Assembly: GCA_965224845.1 (NCBI GenBank)
Contig: CBDDAJ010000036.1
Coordinates: forward strand, 32,724 to 96,723
Reading direction: 5' to 3'
DNA from: Wocania sp.
Lineage (GTDB): Bacteria; Bacteroidota; Bacteroidia; Flavobacteriales; Flavobacteriaceae
Length of the DNA: 64,000 bases
In this document: piece after piece, positions 61,701 to 64,000 of the stretch
Layout: the number at the start of each line of letters is the position of its first letter
Numbering within the stretch: position 1 is the stretch's first letter
Position numbers and translations under genes: made by a program
The notes under the pieces: model-generated
Seen by the model: the letters and a program-made list of their open reading frames with translations, nothing else
What the model was told of the DNA's origin: nothing
Database searches by the model: none

Positions 61701-62354
61701 TTTCCAATCTTTTCCCGGAGCGGCTTGTTTTAATACCCTGTTAAGTGGTGAGGCTTCAAACGCTTTTTGAGCATAGGCATTAATATTGTTTAGGACCACT
61801 GACGGAAAATCTGTAGCATAATTGGATAAATAATACTGTTTGGTTGCTGTAGCTTTATTTCCACGATAGGCGCCAATATTTCCCGTGGCTTCCATATAGG
61901 GAAGCCAGTCCTTATCGGGTCTTCCGTAAGTATCATAATCGATATGGGTAATAATATCTTTTTTGCCCGGTGCAGATTTAATCCCTATATTTTGCATGGG
62001 CCTGCCCAGGCCATCAAAATAAGTAATTTGCTCTATAACATCGCCTTCTTTAGCAGTAGCAGAATTAAAGCTCGTCATAGGTTTTTGATAGCGTCGTGTA
62101 AATACATAATTTTCATTACTAAACGTCATAGAGGTATAGGGGTCTGTTGCTGTTGTTGGTTCTATAATTTGAGCGGTAAAGGTACTACCGCTTTTTATCC
62201 ATGTATTGGGTTTTAATGTAATACTATGGGTCGCTATTAAGGTTTCTGTTCCGGTTACCGTATAGGCATTTTCTTTAACTATAGTTGTTGGTGTTTGTGC
62301 AATAACTATTTGAGCTAACAGCAAAAAGGCTATGGTATATATATATTGTTTCAT
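58764..62354 (-). CDS. RHS/YD-repeat protein (1196 aa) with Sec signal peptide, RHS repeat-associated core and polymorphic C-terminal toxin domain
   Basis: Signal peptide MKQYIYTIAFLLLAQIVIAQT. Many YD repeats (YxYDxxGR/N). Core end WRNHDPAIGRFMTIDP. Unique C-terminal about 190 aa. Confidence 0.85.
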   Translation of the reverse strand: MKQYIYTIAFLLLAQIVIAQTPTTIVKENAYTVTGTETLIATHSITLKPNTWIKSGSTFTAQIIEPTTATDPYTSMTFSNENYVFTRRYQKPMTSFNSATAKEGDVIEQITYFDGLGRPMQNIGIKSAPGKKDIITHIDYDTYGRPDKDWLPYMEATGNIGAYRGNKATATKQYYLSNYATDFPSVVLNNINAYAQKAFEASPLNRVLKQAAPGKDWKLGGGKEIKFDYQTNTANTIRRYEVNLSAATTNGVTTYTPALILNTAVDGGYYKAGTLYKTITKDENWTSGTANTTEEFKDKQGRVILKRSYGTSKVNGVTQTNVAHDTYYVYDDYGNLSFVLPPKSEATTDKPTTSELNALCYQYTYDKRNRLVEKKIPGKGCEYIVYNKLDQPIMTQDANQRVPSTNAWLFTKYDAFGRVAYTGLVTTNSSRTFLQNAANTTALQYVTKSSTSVSLGGANIYYSNDNLVYPKTNISKVYTINYYDNYSFNGFTNLPSSIEGQAVINYNNASATQKLTKGLATGSKVRVLDNSNPAKWITTITGYDVKGRPIYIKTINDYLQTTDIVESKLDFVGKVDKTKTTHSKTGQTSITTRDVFVYDHEGRLLRQKQTLNSLEQETIVDNVYNNLGQLESKGVGGKSSHANRLQTVNYAYNVRGWLKQINDPSSLGTDLFSFKINYNTVSHSGTPLYNGNISETEWKTKNTDQGLKWYKYTYDALNRITGATGNTSNYNLTSVAYDKNGNITDLQRRGHTNSGATSFGVMDNLVYTYETNSNRLKKVLDNGNDTYGFKDGSNTTTEYTYDANGNMVKDLNKGIGTASVNGVSYNHLNLPDEVKFDNNNNKKIKYIYDATGIKLRKLVYNNSSTSTTTDYAGNYVYEGGSLKFFNHPEGYVDVNGSSYSYVYQYKDHLGNIRLSYKDNNNNGVITTSEILEENNYYPFGLKHKGYNNVINGTDHPYGFQEQEEQNELGLNWIQFKWRNHDPAIGRFMTIDPLTEEYMDWGPYVFSGNRVIDARELEGLEPHSVHKSVDDAAVNFGKQYNGVSITSKREYASIFYSTTKNGETTYSYVEPLIGSEAGAFIPDESSIPKGSEPSGDIHTHGNDEKETIEGETDADNEPSYNDVERTKEIGLPTYVVTPSGTVQKIDPITGKVTIVSTNVPSDPNSPVRVNNINPDGSREKVEPVNNLEPKGIEEEKL

Positions 62355-62360
62355 GGCGTA

Positions 62361-64000
62361 TTAGTTTTTATAGTTATACTTGTTCTCACTTATCAAATTA
62401 CCATTGGCATCTTTTACAAATTCAAGGCGATTAAAGGCATCATACTCATAATCCATCCTATAGCCTTTAGGGTCGGTTATACTGGTTACACCAACTAAAG
62501 GGTCGTAGGTATAGCTGGTTACCATGGCGTTGGGGAAGCCTACTCTTAATAATTGAAGTTTGGCTCGTAAAGTATTTTCTGTGGCTTCTGTGGTTTCATT
62601 AACTGTAGCAGCTACTGCATTATTTATTAAAACTTGCTGTGTGCTTGTAATGGTATTGGGTTTACCCGAAGTAAAAGTGGCATTCTCAATCTTGGCTATA
62701 GGGTATTGTTTGCTATAACCCCAAACATAAACTATACTCGTACCATCTGCTTTAGAAACTTCTATGGGGTTGCTTTTATCATCATAGCTATGATAGGTTA
62801 TTCGAGATTCTAAAGCCGTGGACCTTTTTGAGGTTTGAATATGTTCCGGTAGTATAATATTTGTATCGGCCGGAAGTCCTAAATCTAAATCCCAATCTTT
62901 ATAATTGGTGCGTTGGGTAGATAATAACTCCTCGGGGTTTGTTCCTTTTTTTTGATAGGTTTCCGTTTTTATTAATGTGGCTATTCGATTTTGTGATATT
63001 AAGGCCGTATTAATACTATTAGTTATATTATAAGGGTAAAAGAATTTACTTTTAATTTCTTTATTTGTTGAAGTCGTATTAGTGCTTGAAGTGATTTGAT
63101 TATATGGGGTATCATAGGCATAGGTTGTTTCTGTAGTAGAGGGGGTACCATTAAAGTATAATGTTTTGGTTTGTTTTATCAGCCTGCTACTTTTAGAGGA
63201 ATTGAGGTATTTTGTGTCTTTATAATCATTAGGGTCGCCTTCTATTAGAGAGGCATTAGCTCCGTTAACATTCCACCTCCAGGAATTTCTGCCTACTGCT
63301 AATCCGTAGGCCTTTATTGGTAATTGATGAAAAATATTACCGTAGGTCCAAATATCCTGATAAGTGCTTGTATGCAATTCTTGAAGCTCATACCCTGTAC
63401 CGGTAGATTTAAAAATTTCTTTTTTCCACAACCTGCCATCTTCCCATGTACTATAAGGGTCTTGCACAAAAGGAAATGAATGAGCATCTGTACTATTCCT
63501 GTAATAGTGTATGCTTGCATTATTATAGTAACCGGAAAAGCTAAAATAGTCCACTTGTTTTCCTGATAAGCCGGCATCTTTTATTGTTTCAACCCTATTA
63601 TAAAGCACAGGTGATCCCTGATAGCCAGTAAATGAATCTGCACTACTTGCCGTAGTAATTGTTTTGTTTCCAGTGTTAAGGTGGGTCGTTGGGCTTCCAC
63701 TAACTGAATACTGTTTTGGCAAATGATCTTTATCGGTTAGTTTACCACTACTAATACCACTAGCATCATTGTATTTATAGTTGCTTGTGTAGCTATTCCC
63801 TTTTCCATCGTAATCAATAGTTGACGCTACCCGAATACCTCCTACAGGTGTATTTAGTACCGTTTTATCTTCGTATTCAATCTCAATATCACAATATACA
63901 TGGCTTCCTGTATTTGCAGAAATTGATCCTGCAATAGTAATTTGCCCGTTATTTGTAAACCTAAATTGTTCTTGAGACACTTTATTTTCATTATTATAAT
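62361..64000 (-). CDS. YD-repeat-containing protein, 5-prime partial (reading frame runs off the window edge); upstream partner of the RHS protein
   Basis: No stop between the listed GTG at 63980 and position 64000. C-terminal YD repeats YTYDPLVGVTSITDPKGYRMDYEYDAFNRLEF. In frame with the RHS gene, separated by TAA-TAC-GCC. Confidence 0.7.
   Translation of the reverse strand, partial: YNNENKVSQEQFRFTNNGQITIAGSISANTGSHVYCDIEIEYEDKTVLNTPVGGIRVASTIDYDGKGNSYTSNYKYNDASGISSGKLTDKDHLPKQYSVSGSPTTHLNTGNKTITTASSADSFTGYQGSPVLYNRVETIKDAGLSGKQVDYFSFSGYYNNASIHYYRNSTDAHSFPFVQDPYSTWEDGRLWKKEIFKSTGTGYELQELHTSTYQDIWTYGNIFHQLPIKAYGLAVGRNSWRWNVNGANASLIEGDPNDYKDTKYLNSSKSSRLIKQTKTLYFNGTPSTTETTYAYDTPYNQITSSTNTTSTNKEIKSKFFYPYNITNSINTALISQNRIATLIKTETYQKKGTNPEELLSTQRTNYKDWDLDLGLPADTNIILPEHIQTSKRSTALESRITYHSYDDKSNPIEVSKADGTSIVYVWGYSKQYPIAKIENATFTSGKPNTITSTQQVLINNAVAATVNETTEATENTLRAKLQLLRVGFPNAMVTSYTYDPLVGVTSITDPKGYRMDYEYDAFNRLEFVKDANGNLISENKYNYKN

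Noticed and set aside
62352-62363. Treating the upstream YD protein and the RHS protein as one gene interrupted by a sequencing error
   Set aside because: The downstream ORF begins with a complete Sec signal peptide immediately after the stop. That fits an independent gene. It cannot be excluded without orthologs, so it is kept as a finding rather than a pseudogene call.

Overview
AT-rich (roughly 32-35% GC) chromosomal segment. Gene content points to Flavobacteriia (Bacteroidota): gldE-gldD gliding-motility genes, several proteins with T9SS C-terminal sorting domains, no Shine-Dalgarno-style leaders, and Bacteroidetes-type atpDC and rplU-rpmA loci. Positions 1-51264 form a dense housekeeping region on both strands. 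It carries OmpA, aldo-keto reductase, rng, hup, mutY-ssb-gldE-gldD, rplU-rpmA, atpDC, a LytS/LytTR two-component pair, umuC/umuD, a dispersed biotin cluster (bioF-bioD-bioA plus a KAS-like gene, bioB further on), NfeD-flotillin, recX, recO, gdhA and a Cys/Met PLP enzyme. From 51295 to the window edge there is an accessory island on the minus strand, an Rhs/YD-repeat polymorphic-toxin locus. It has a partial upstream YD-repeat protein, a 1196-aa RHS protein, an immunity lipoprotein, one displaced orphan rhs C-terminal cassette with its own immunity gene, and further small secreted or membrane-protein genes. The island is punctuated four times by a bipartite GC-rich box plus hairpin junction module. 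Two of these module copies carry identical 1410-bp IS3-family insertions at exactly the same position, each with a CTC target duplication. The two box variants differ by compensatory changes that preserve a stem. Outside the island there is a family of GC-rich mosaic intergenic repeats, candidate sRNA regions with strong terminators, and two paralogous 2-TM proteins that each sit immediately upstream of a biotin gene. No CRISPR array, rRNA or convincing tRNA was seen.
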